64,000 nt of DNA, taken from positions 1-64,000 of the IMG/VR virus record IMGVR_UViG_3300045988_062648, one strand, 5' to 3'. Shown piece after piece: positions 18,395 to 27,533 of the stretch. This DNA is from a virus. The notes under the pieces were generated by a model. That model had not been told where the DNA came from, made no database searches, and was given only the letters and a program-made list of their open reading frames with translations. Position numbers and translations under genes: made by a program. Numbering within the stretch: the first letter of the stretch is position 1; each line of letters opens with the position of its first letter.

Positions 18395-20332
18395 ATGAAT
18401 TTAAATATTAAAGATATAAATCCTTCTTATATATTTCAAACTAATACTAAAGAACATAAAGAAGATATACTTAATCAAGCTAAAGCTGATAATAAAGAGG
18501 CTTGTTGGGTAGGATATGGTACTGAAGATATAAATAGTCAATATCAACCAAGTCCCATTAAAGATGATGATTATTATATGAAATATTGTAATTCTGATAA
18601 TTACGATTATTTAAAAGATTATCGCCTTGTATGGGGTTATGGTATTGGTATAATAGAAACTGATGTTATTATTAATATTGATACTGGAAAACATATTGTA
18701 GAAGGAAAAGAAGCATGTGATGCTTATATACCTGAAGAAGGAATTAATATTAAAAGAGGTATTTGGCTTAGATTTAGTGGAAATAATTTTAAAAATCCAA
18801 CTGAAATTAGAGAAGTTATATTACCTAAAGAAATAATTAGTATTAAAAATCTTACTACAAATCTTAGTAGTAGAAATTTGACTATATATGGTTTTAATTC
18901 TGAAAATATTATAAATTGGGATTATGCTTTTTGTGAAAAGACTAATTATTCAGAAATAATTCATAGACGTATTGCTATAACAGATTATATTTATGATTTA
19001 AGTTCTACTAAATCAATGTGTGGAACATTTAATGTTGCTAGTTTAACTAGTATAACTGAAAATAATAAATTATATTGTAAAAATGTAAATGAAAATATAA
19101 TTGCTCATTATTGTTTTTATTATTGTCGTATAAGTGTAGATATTAAAGAATTATGTTCTAATTATATAGGAGGAAATTATTTTATAAATTTTGGTACTGG
19201 TTATCCTACTTATCATTTAGAAAATTGTAAATTTAATTTTTTACCTTTATATTGTATTTCTTCTTTAGATAATTCTAAAGGTGCTGATATAAATTTAGAT
19301 TTAAGTAATACCGAATATATTATTAATGCTCCTTATTGTTATAAATTTGCAGATAATGCTTATATAAAAGGTAAAATAAAAAATATAATTGCTCCTAATG
19401 ATAATATAACAAGCTATAATATTATAAATACTTACACATTAGAAGAATATAATGATTATAATGCACCTGTATTAAATAATTATTGTGATGATATTTCTCC
19501 TATTTGTAGAATAAATGGTTTATTTAAATTAAAAGAAACTGATGAAGCAAAATACTATAGTTATACAGAATTAAGTTGTTTTCAAAATATAGATAACTCA
19601 ATTAATACTTATATTGGTAATATTGGTTATAATTATATTAATAACCAAGCTGAAAATTATTTTATTACAAATAAACTAAAATTATTTTTTAGCAATTATA
19701 ATGATATTAGATTTTTTAATGATACAAATAATATTGGAAATATAAATTTATATAATTATATAATATATAATACTGAAAATACTAAAACAGTATTTTCTTT
19801 TAATAATAAAAATGATATTATAAACATAGATAATTTATTGAATTTTGCAATAACTGGTGCTATATCTAATTCTATTTTTGTATCATCTTCTACAAATAAA
19901 ACTATTAATATAAATGATAAAATTGTTTTATTTAATAATAATGGAATTTATGTATCTATTCCAGAAAATTATTATATAGTTAATCATTTTATTGGTGATG
20001 TAGATTTATATTTAAGAAAATATAAATCTTCTTATAGTAATATTATTATAGATGGTACTATAACTATAATTAATGGAAATGAAACAGAAAATGTAGAAAA
20101 TAATATTACAGATATTACTTGTAATTCTTTAATAATAGAGGACAATTGTCCTATTAAATATTTAATTAATATTAGTGAGGAAAGTATTAATAATTTAATG
20201 AATGCTCTTATTACTAATACTGATACTTTAAAAACTATAAATATATATAGAAGTCAATATAATAAAATAACTGAAGAAAATATTAGTAACGTATTAAATA
20301 AAAATTATCAATTTGCTATAGAAGAAAATTAA
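18395..20332 (+). CDS. Asn/Ile/Tyr-rich low-complexity protein (possible receptor-binding/tail protein)
   Basis: 645 aa, extreme AT richness compared with neighbours; 10 Cys; preceded by AATCTTAAATCTTAAAATCTTAAAAT direct repeat. Confidence 0.35.
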   Translation: MNLNIKDINPSYIFQTNTKEHKEDILNQAKADNKEACWVGYGTEDINSQYQPSPIKDDDYYMKYCNSDNYDYLKDYRLVWGYGIGIIETDVIINIDTGKHIVEGKEACDAYIPEEGINIKRGIWLRFSGNNFKNPTEIREVILPKEIISIKNLTTNLSSRNLTIYGFNSENIINWDYAFCEKTNYSEIIHRRIAITDYIYDLSSTKSMCGTFNVASLTSITENNKLYCKNVNENIIAHYCFYYCRISVDIKELCSNYIGGNYFINFGTGYPTYHLENCKFNFLPLYCISSLDNSKGADINLDLSNTEYIINAPYCYKFADNAYIKGKIKNIIAPNDNITSYNIINTYTLEEYNDYNAPVLNNYCDDISPICRINGLFKLKETDEAKYYSYTELSCFQNIDNSINTYIGNIGYNYINNQAENYFITNKLKLFFSNYNDIRFFNDTNNIGNINLYNYIIYNTENTKTVFSFNNKNDIINIDNLLNFAITGAISNSIFVSSSTNKTININDKIVLFNNNGIYVSIPENYYIVNHFIGDVDLYLRKYKSSYSNIIIDGTITIINGNETENVENNITDITCNSLIIEDNCPIKYLINISEESINNLMNALITNTDTLKTINIYRSQYNKITEENISNVLNKNYQFAIEEN

Positions 20333-20335
20333 ATT

Positions 20336-20740
20336 ATGAAAAAACTTAATTATCAAAAAGATTACATTTATGTAAATAAAGAAAATGGCGGTGCTGGACA
20401 TGAAATTGTAGCACCTGATTCAGCTGATTTATATGTTTGGGCTAAATGTGCACAAGAGAATTACGATAAGTGGAAAGATTCTAATAATCAAAAACTTATT
20501 GATGAAGAAATAATTAATACTCTTGCTACTATTCCTCAAACATTAGATTCAGAAAGTAAAATTGATATTACTACTTTAAATATTCAATTTAGTGATAATG
20601 TATATAGTTTTGCTAATTTAATGAAAGATAGTAATATTACTTTATTTAATAATGTAGATTTAATAAATAAAGACTATTTGTTAAATCAAGTAGATAATAA
20701 TAATGATAATATAGAAGACGCAACAATAATAGAAGAATAA
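20336..20740 (+). CDS. hypothetical protein
   Basis: 134-aa ORF. Confidence 0.35.
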   Translation: MKKLNYQKDYIYVNKENGGAGHEIVAPDSADLYVWAKCAQENYDKWKDSNNQKLIDEEIINTLATIPQTLDSESKIDITTLNIQFSDNVYSFANLMKDSNITLFNNVDLINKDYLLNQVDNNNDNIEDATIIEE

Positions 20741-20741
20741 T

Positions 20742-21416
20742 ATGGAAAGAGTAATTTTGCAAGGAATCTACCAAGTGCTAAAAGACATGGTAGAAAAACA
20801 ACAAGAGAATCAAGAAGCTATGATAGCTAAACTTGATGAACTTAAAGTTTCAATAGAAAACATTAAGATAACTGTCGGTTCAATTAATATTAATACTGAT
20901 GAAGTTGAAGCCAAACTTGATACAGTAAATAGTAGTATTAATAGTCTTAAGACTAATATTGATGCAGTTAAAAATTCAGTTAATACAGTTAATACTTCTA
21001 TTACTACAATGGATGCAGTAGTTGATAGTATTAAAACTAATACTGATAATATTAAAACTAATCAGACTAATAATGGTACTAAACTTGATAATATTAAAAC
21101 TTCAGTAGATTCTAATGGTACTAAACTTACAACTATTGATACTGATATTAAAGCTGTAGCTACAGCAGTTAATGCTAATGGAGAAGCTATAATTGATGCT
21201 AAAGTAGATTATACTGAAAAATTTGATAATATCAAAACTAGTGTAGATGCAGTTAATACTAATATACAAGCTGTTAAAACTTCAGTAGATACAGGAGTTA
21301 CAACTATTGGTACTAAAGTAGATGCCATTGGTACTAAAGTAGATAGTGCTAATACTAAACTTGATAGTATTGTAGCAAATACTACTCCAGCAAGTAGTAC
21401 AGAGCCTACTGAATAA
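20742..21416 (+). CDS. tandem-repeat fibrous protein
   Basis: 224 aa built of repeating units such as GTKLDNIKTSVDSNGTKLTTIDTDIKAV / IGTKVDAIGTKVDSANTKLDSI; DNA-level direct repeats. Confidence 0.4.
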   Translation: MERVILQGIYQVLKDMVEKQQENQEAMIAKLDELKVSIENIKITVGSININTDEVEAKLDTVNSSINSLKTNIDAVKNSVNTVNTSITTMDAVVDSIKTNTDNIKTNQTNNGTKLDNIKTSVDSNGTKLTTIDTDIKAVATAVNANGEAIIDAKVDYTEKFDNIKTSVDAVNTNIQAVKTSVDTGVTTIGTKVDAIGTKVDSANTKLDSIVANTTPASSTEPTE

Positions 21417-21424
21417 TCATTCGT

Positions 21425-21454
21425 TCTCTTCTACGGGGGTTGTAAATCCCAACT
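21425..21454 (+). repeat. dispersed motif copy (forward, subtype A): tctcttctacgggggttgtaaatcccaact
   Basis: 10 nt after stop of 20742-21416; forms 15-bp inverted repeat with 21571-21596. Confidence 0.75.
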
Positions 21455-21485
21455 CATACTTCGCCAATTTGCCTATTTCTTTTGC

Positions 21486-21510
21486 GTCTGTCGGCTTTAA
21501 TCAGCTCTCG
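21486..21510 (-). repeat. short inverted copy of the conserved intergenic element (GCTGATTAAAGCCGACAGAC on minus strand)
   Basis: reverse complement matches GCTGATTAA...GCC(A/G)ACAGAG blocks of copies at 9071-9115, 25474-25516, 60568-60610. Confidence 0.4.
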
Positions 21511-21570
21511 TGAACAACATATCAGCTAAGTCATGTGAAACGGCTGACGGGCTTTAAAATGGGTCGGTCA

Positions 21571-21596
21571 CTACCACCCCCGTAGAAGAGATGATA
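21571..21596 (-). repeat. dispersed motif copy (reverse): ctaccacccccgtagaagagatgata
   Basis: reverse complement tctcttctacgggggtggtag; inverted partner of 21425-21454. Confidence 0.75.
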
Positions 21597-21628
21597 ACAA
21601 AGTTATTAATCTTAATTCAAATAAACTT

Positions 21629-24600
21629 ATGGATATTAAAACTGATAATATAGATAATATTAAAGCTCTTATGGCTAATATTCTTGATGGTCATAATGGA
21701 GAAAATCTTTATGCTTATCTAGCAAAGTTTAATTCACTTAATGTCGGATATGTAGCTAATGCTAAATCTGCACGTGAAGCTGTACCAGAGATATTTCGTA
21801 AGAATGGTTTATATATTACTTATTATATTAATAATAAACCTACAACTGAAATATTTGTTGGGGATAAAACTGTTGCTGGAAATGAAACTGAATGGGTTAA
21901 AGATGAATATTGGGAATTTAGTGATGGAATAGGTCATGTAGATTCTAATAGTATTACTCTTAATCAACTTAGTAAAGAAGTACTTGATTTAATATGCGCA
22001 AATAATGAAATTAATATAGTTAATTATCCAGATGGAGAAGATTTAACTGAATTTGATGTTTGTGGTGGTAATAGTAAACGAGCAGTTAATGCTTTAAGAT
22101 TTGCGAATAAAGAATATAATCCTGCTAATTTTAGTGGTCTTGGACGAGTTTATCTTCGTAAGAATATAATAGATGATAAGAACATTCTTACACAAGATAT
22201 GATTAATGAAAATAATATTCGTTATATTATTCAATATGCTTATGACTTAAATGATGCTACTATTAATATACCTACAAATTCTGTTCTTGAATTTCAAGGT
22301 GGTAGTTTTACTAATGGTACATTGAATTGTGATGGTACTGTTATAATGACTTATGATAAAGATTGGCTTGATGTTACTCTTAGTGGTACTTATTTCTTCT
22401 TTGGTTGGGCTGATAGTATAGAGCAAGTTGAAATTGTTAATAATTTGACAACTGATGATGCTACTAAAGCTCTTAGTGCAGCTCAAGGTGTAGTTATTAA
22501 GAATTTGCTGGATGATGCTTCTAAAGCTCTTATTGATGCTCAAACTGAAATTAATCAAAAGTTTACTCAAATAGCTGAACAGATACAAAATATTACTGCT
22601 GATATTGATATTCCAACTGATAAACCTGCTAAACCTGGCCTTGGTGATTTATGGTTTAATACTACTAATAAGACTTTGAATTATTGGAATGGTACTGAAT
22701 GGATTGAACTTAATGATTCTTTTGATAGCCAAAAGGTTTCTGCTGATGTAACTGATGTTCAGACTGTTGAAGCTAATGAAGAAGCTGAAGCTACTGCTAA
22801 AATAGTTAATAGTCAAATACAGTTTACATTTAAGATTCCTAAAGGAGCTACAGGTAATACTGGACCTCAAGGAGAAACTGGTCCTCAAGGAGAAATTGGC
22901 CCTGAAGGTCCTCAAGGTCCTCCGGGAAATGATGGTCATGATGGAGAAGATGGTAAGGATGGTGTAAGTCCTACTCTTCCTAATTATAGTATTTATCGTT
23001 ATCGTAAATCTGATAGTAAACCTGCTACTCCAACAGGTACTTCTCAGAATCCATCTGGTTGGACTGATATACCTAATGATGCTGGTAATTGGTGGCAGTG
23101 TGTTGGTGAAGTAAACGGAGCTACTGGAGCTGTTACTCGTTGGGGAGAAGTTCTTCCTCTTAATGGTCGCGATGGTATAGCACAAGACGGTAAATATACT
23201 GAAATGCGTTTTGCTGTTAATACAAGTCGTGTTACTTATCCAACTATTGATAGAAGTGTTCGTACTCCGAGTGGTTGGACTCTTGCAGCTCCTTCTGTTA
23301 GTCAAGGTCAATATCTTTGGATGACAACAGCTATTATTAATCCAAATGATACTCTTAATACTAATTGGAATATTCCTGTTTGTATTAGTGGCCCTACAGG
23401 AGCTAAAGGTGCTACAGGTCCTGCTGGTGATCCTGGTAGTCCTGGTTCTCAAGGTCCTGCTGGTATTCCAGGAGTTAATATGTTAGTTATGTATTGTGTT
23501 GGAACTGATACACATATAGGTGGAACTACTGAAGTTACTAATCATTGGAAAAGTAGCGATGTTTATGTTATTACTGTCCCTTCTTATCAAGGACTTGGAA
23601 CAGGTTGGTATAAAACTATACCTGATTATGACCCAAGTACTCAATATATTTGGTGTACACAAGGTAAACGAGAATATACTTCTAGTACTAAATATACTGA
23701 AACTTGGAATAAACCTTTTAGACTTAATGGTCTTAATGGTCTTAATGGAGAAGACGGAAGTGGCAAACGAGGACAAATAGTTTATCCAGCTGGTATTTAT
23801 GATAATAATACTGCTTATGTTACTGATGAAAATAAAGCTCCTTATGTTCTTGATACTACAGACGGTTATTATTATGTACTTAATGCAATTATGACTTGGA
23901 GAGGTAGTGAACAAGGTAATCGTACTCCTTCTCAAGATTATGCTATTAATAGTGGTAAATATTGGCTTAAGTTTGAAGGCTTTAATGCTATATATGCTAA
24001 AATAGGTATAATTGCTAATGGTCTTGTTGGTAGTGCTGTATTTAATGGAGATTGGATGTTTAGTCAAGCTGGACAAAATTCTTCTGGCGGACCTTCTACT
24101 CAATATGAAAATTTTAATCCAAGCAATCCTTATGGCGGTGCATTTAGACCTAATGTAGCTATTAATCTTAAGACTGGAGAAGTTTATTTTGGTTGTGATA
24201 AAACAAGATTTGGTGCTGATGGCTCTGGTAAATTAGCTAACGGTAATATCAAATGGGATGCTGATGGTAATATTGTTTATAATGGTTTGCTTGCTTCTCT
24301 TAATGTATTAGAAGATACTAATGTTGGTGTAACTTATGCTGATATTACTTTGCCTCATTTATCTGCTCCTGATGTTGATTCTGAATATCAAATGGAATAT
24401 ACTTATGTATTTGGGCCTAAAACTCGTGCTGGTTTAACAAGACGTGTTCAACTTGAAGAACGTAATGATACTTTGTATTATAATGGTGGTACTTTTTCAG
24501 GTTCAGGCGTTCTTAATATTGAAGATAAAATTCCATCTGCTTATGGTTTTATTAAGTTTATTTGTCGTATTGATGGACAAGATAATACTTGGTATATGGT

Positions 24601-24661
24601 TGTAGTTAAAGATTGTAATCTTAAATTTTATGGAACAGATAATAATGCAATTAGTAGATAA
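21629..24661 (+). CDS. tail fibre protein with collagen-like Gly-X-Y repeats
   Basis: 1010 aa; GNTGPQGETGPQGEIGPEGPQGPPGNDGHDGEDGKDG and GPTGAKGATGPAGDPGSPGSQGPAGIPG triple-helix-type repeats; N-proximal module shared with 16512-17648. Confidence 0.55.
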   Translation: MDIKTDNIDNIKALMANILDGHNGENLYAYLAKFNSLNVGYVANAKSAREAVPEIFRKNGLYITYYINNKPTTEIFVGDKTVAGNETEWVKDEYWEFSDGIGHVDSNSITLNQLSKEVLDLICANNEINIVNYPDGEDLTEFDVCGGNSKRAVNALRFANKEYNPANFSGLGRVYLRKNIIDDKNILTQDMINENNIRYIIQYAYDLNDATINIPTNSVLEFQGGSFTNGTLNCDGTVIMTYDKDWLDVTLSGTYFFFGWADSIEQVEIVNNLTTDDATKALSAAQGVVIKNLLDDASKALIDAQTEINQKFTQIAEQIQNITADIDIPTDKPAKPGLGDLWFNTTNKTLNYWNGTEWIELNDSFDSQKVSADVTDVQTVEANEEAEATAKIVNSQIQFTFKIPKGATGNTGPQGETGPQGEIGPEGPQGPPGNDGHDGEDGKDGVSPTLPNYSIYRYRKSDSKPATPTGTSQNPSGWTDIPNDAGNWWQCVGEVNGATGAVTRWGEVLPLNGRDGIAQDGKYTEMRFAVNTSRVTYPTIDRSVRTPSGWTLAAPSVSQGQYLWMTTAIINPNDTLNTNWNIPVCISGPTGAKGATGPAGDPGSPGSQGPAGIPGVNMLVMYCVGTDTHIGGTTEVTNHWKSSDVYVITVPSYQGLGTGWYKTIPDYDPSTQYIWCTQGKREYTSSTKYTETWNKPFRLNGLNGLNGEDGSGKRGQIVYPAGIYDNNTAYVTDENKAPYVLDTTDGYYYVLNAIMTWRGSEQGNRTPSQDYAINSGKYWLKFEGFNAIYAKIGIIANGLVGSAVFNGDWMFSQAGQNSSGGPSTQYENFNPSNPYGGAFRPNVAINLKTGEVYFGCDKTRFGADGSGKLANGNIKWDADGNIVYNGLLASLNVLEDTNVGVTYADITLPHLSAPDVDSEYQMEYTYVFGPKTRAGLTRRVQLEERNDTLYYNGGTFSGSGVLNIEDKIPSAYGFIKFICRIDGQDNTWYMVVVKDCNLKFYGTDNNAISR

Positions 24662-24980
24662 CTTTGATTTCGCACTGATGTTGATATTGAATGTAGTTAC
24701 TTATATATCAATTAAAATATTAGACGAAATAAATAAGGAAAAAAATGTTACTACTTGGCAAAAAAGAATTATATTTGTAGGAGTAAGTATAGTAATAGCT
24801 TTGGTTTATCATTTTCTAAGTGATGTAAGAACTATTGTAATAATTGATAGTATTATTATTGCTCCTGTTGCTTGGAGTTGGTTAGCTAAACCTATTGCTA
24901 AAAGATTTGGAATTGATTATAAACATTTAGATAGAAATGTCGAACAAATTAAAGAAAATGATAGAGAAGATGTCAGCTAG
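24630..24980 (+). CDS. small multi-pass membrane protein (holin-like?)
   Basis: 116 aa with 2-3 hydrophobic helices and charged C-terminus; overlaps fibre gene end by 32 nt. Confidence 0.3.
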   Translation: MEQIIMQLVDNFDFALMLILNVVTYISIKILDEINKEKNVTTWQKRIIFVGVSIVIALVYHFLSDVRTIVIIDSIIIAPVAWSWLAKPIAKRFGIDYKHLDRNVEQIKENDREDVS

Positions 24981-25179
24981 ACAAGATAACACTAGAGTTA
25001 TTAGAGCTGATACAATAAAATCTAGACCTGTTCAAAATTATTCTCCTTATGGTTCTCTTCCAACTAGAGAAATGCAAAGAGATCAACGTATGAGTAATAG
25101 ACCTAAACCAGTAGTCGCTAAAGCTGGTGTTACTCTAAATAATAGACGTTACAAAAATGGAGGTAAAGCCAAGTGTTAA
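24937..25179 (+). CDS. small basic protein
   Basis: 80 aa rich in R/K; overlaps neighbours. Confidence 0.3.
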   Translation: MSNKLKKMIEKMSARQDNTRVIRADTIKSRPVQNYSPYGSLPTREMQRDQRMSNRPKPVVAKAGVTLNNRRYKNGGKAKC

Positions 25180-25417
25180 GTTATATAAGATAGAACTATA
25201 TTTATTGAAGATAATACCAATGTTATTAGCATTGATAAACTTCATAAATATAGTTCTTTCTTTTAATGGTATAGATATACCTCTTTTAAGTTATATTGGT
25301 GGTATATCTTTTATACCTCTTATATTTCTTTATATAAGTAGTTATGTATTTAAATTTTGTGAATATCATAGAATGTTTCTACATTATATTGTTATATGTA
25401 ATGCTATAGATGTTTAA
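25157..25417 (+). CDS. small membrane protein
   Basis: 86 aa with two hydrophobic helices (IIPMLLALINFINIVL, ISFIPLIFLYISSYVF). Confidence 0.3.
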   Translation: MEVKPSVKLYKIELYLLKIIPMLLALINFINIVLSFNGIDIPLLSYIGGISFIPLIFLYISSYVFKFCEYHRMFLHYIVICNAIDV

Positions 25418-25452
25418 TTAAGTAATAATAATTCGAGCTAATTTCAGCCCTT

Positions 25453-25519
25453 ACAATCGCTCGTAACTCGTTGGCTGATAGTTACTTCACACCCGTTATT
25501 TCGAGCCGACAGAGGGCAC
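25453..25519 (+). repeat. conserved intergenic element copy C (diverged): ACAATCGCTCGTAA...GGCTGATAGTTAC...GAGCCGACAGAGGGCAC
   Basis: shares AATCG(Y)T, GCTGAT(T/A)A and (A/G)ACAGAG blocks, in same order, with copies A and B. Confidence 0.45.
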
Positions 25520-25647
25520 GTATGAGCCTCCTGCGAGGTTCTTAGCATTTGGTTTATTCAGTCAAAAACACTATATTTGCAATGTTGGAAACGTGCTGCA
25601 CTTGATATTGTAGTAAGCCGTGGCACTAATATTGAGATAGATAGTGT

Positions 25648-25675
25648 AGCAATACAACCCCCGTAGAGAAAGGTC
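25648..25675 (-). repeat. dispersed motif copy (reverse, slightly degenerate): tagcaatacaacccccgtagagaaaggt
   Basis: reverse complement cctttctctacgggggttgtattgcta; partner of 25781-25812. Confidence 0.7.
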
Positions 25676-25780
25676 GTTAATGTGTGTTTCTGTTAAGATT
25701 GCATCTAATTTAGTTTGTTTCATAGTTAAAAGGTTAGTAATAAAGTAGGTGAAGCTAATAGTGATATTCGCTAATCCATC

Positions 25781-25812
25781 AACTCTTCTACGGGGGTTGT
25801 AGTTTCCAACTT
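25781..25812 (+). repeat. dispersed motif copy (forward, subtype A): aactcttctacgggggttgtagtttccaactt
   Basis: perfect core plus extended TTGTAGnnTCCAACTT tail; 40 nt upstream of ATG 25854. Confidence 0.8.
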
Positions 25813-25853
25813 CTTTTGATAGTAATAATAGTAAAAATAATAAACTTAAATAT

Positions 25854-26564
25854 ATGGCTTCAGTTGCACAACTTGTTAGTGAACTAGCGCATAGTGTAGG
25901 TATGCCTAATAACAGAGCTTTACGAGAGAATCTTAAAAGTCTAGTTATTCATACTCGTAATGAAGTTATAAGACATAGTTATGAGAATCATGGTTATGTT
26001 GACAAAGGTCTAGTTCAAAGATATAAAGTTAGTCTTATAGATGTTCAAGATGGTGATATAAAAGAATTAGAAGGAATTAGTTTTGAAGATTTAGAACTTG
26101 ATGATTTAGAACTTACTAAAATTAAACGTACTGAGCAAAGAGTTCCAAAACCTGTTCGTCTGACTAATAATTTACCATTTGACCGTGTTAGCTCTGTTGG
26201 TTTTAAAACTAATAGAGCTTTTCCTTTTATAAAAGAGTCTTCTGCAAAGTTTAGAAAATCTGTTCCAGGTCTTTGTGGTATGCCTTGTTATGATTATATA
26301 AATGGTTATATTTATATATTTCCAGTTAGCAATAAACCATTTGATTTACAAAAGATTGTAATCGAGAGTGCTTTTGAGCATCCAACTCAAATAGAAATTG
26401 CTAATGGAGAAGTAGACGATATTGAAGGAACACTTGACCTTAATGAATGGGTTTTATCAGAAGATATGATAGGACAAATTAAAGAGATTATATATAAACG
26501 TGATTTACTATCTACTGTAAGACAAACGGATGAAGTTCCGAATACAGTTAAATTTAATGGTTAA
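25854..26564 (+). CDS. hypothetical virion/tail-module protein
   Basis: 236-aa ORF. Confidence 0.4.
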   Translation: MASVAQLVSELAHSVGMPNNRALRENLKSLVIHTRNEVIRHSYENHGYVDKGLVQRYKVSLIDVQDGDIKELEGISFEDLELDDLELTKIKRTEQRVPKPVRLTNNLPFDRVSSVGFKTNRAFPFIKESSAKFRKSVPGLCGMPCYDYINGYIYIFPVSNKPFDLQKIVIESAFEHPTQIEIANGEVDDIEGTLDLNEWVLSEDMIGQIKEIIYKRDLLSTVRQTDEVPNTVKFNG

Positions 26565-26567
26565 GAT

Positions 26568-27533
26568 ATGAATTTACAAAATGAAAAACCAAAGGCTGAT
26601 AAGCCTACTACTATTAGTATCTATTTTCATAAAATGCACGATAGAGCAGTTTATAGAGTAGATAAACTTGAACGAGAGTTAGAAGAAAAGAGATTAAATT
26701 GTATTGCATTAAGAGACGATGTTAAGTCTCAATACAATGTTTATAAAGATAAGTTTGGTATTAATCTTTTAAATTATAAAGAATTTGTAAATAATACTTA
26801 TACAGATGGTAGTTTTCGTAAAGCTGCAATGATGGCTTATCTTAATAGAAAGAATAATCATGAATTAACTATTGAGCTTTATAATCTAGTAAAACTAGCT
26901 AATCTTCAAAAACGAGTTAAAGAACTTGCTAAAGAGTATGAAGTTTATAAAAAACTTGCAGTAATTGGTTATAAAGAATATTGTAGAATAGTAAGTCTTT
27001 ATTACGAAAAAGTTCAAGAACTTATGATACTAGATGCAAAAGGTTATGCTTTTACTGGTAGAATGGGTTGGACTTGTATTAATAGATATAGGAAAAAATC
27101 AAACAATAATAAAATAGATTATGAAGCTACTAGAAAAGCTAAAGAAAAACTAATAGCAGAAGGTAAAAGACCTTATGATGCAGAAGAGGCTAAATGGTGT
27201 AAAGATAACGGTCTTCCTTATGATGGTGTAAAATATATTGTTCTTAGAAATGTAGAATACGATTATGAACTTCCTTTAATAGAAAGTCATATACCAGGAG
27301 GAAAAAGTTTTAAACATATTACTTCTGCTGATTATATAAATAAAGAGCTTAGAGGCAAGTCTTATGATGATATGATAGAGCTTTGTCATCATAATATAGA
27401 TGAAGTTCTAGATTTAGATATAGATATTAAAAAGAAACTTGCAATATGTCTTAGAATTAATCCTTTATTATATACTAAATATATTAGACATGAAAGTCAA
27501 AAATCATATAGACGTATCAAGATTGATTGGTAA
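26568..27533 (+). CDS. hypothetical virion/tail-module protein
   Basis: 321-aa ORF, lysine-rich helical. Confidence 0.4.
   Translation: MNLQNEKPKADKPTTISIYFHKMHDRAVYRVDKLERELEEKRLNCIALRDDVKSQYNVYKDKFGINLLNYKEFVNNTYTDGSFRKAAMMAYLNRKNNHELTIELYNLVKLANLQKRVKELAKEYEVYKKLAVIGYKEYCRIVSLYYEKVQELMILDAKGYAFTGRMGWTCINRYRKKSNNNKIDYEATRKAKEKLIAEGKRPYDAEEAKWCKDNGLPYDGVKYIVLRNVEYDYELPLIESHIPGGKSFKHITSADYINKELRGKSYDDMIELCHHNIDEVLDLDIDIKKKLAICLRINPLLYTKYIRHESQKSYRRIKIDW

Noticed and set aside
21425-25812. Interpreting inverted motif pairs as MITE-like transposable elements
   Set aside because: Interiors of the three intergenic pairs are unrelated to one another. No target-site duplications were evident. Identical termini also occur singly inside genes.
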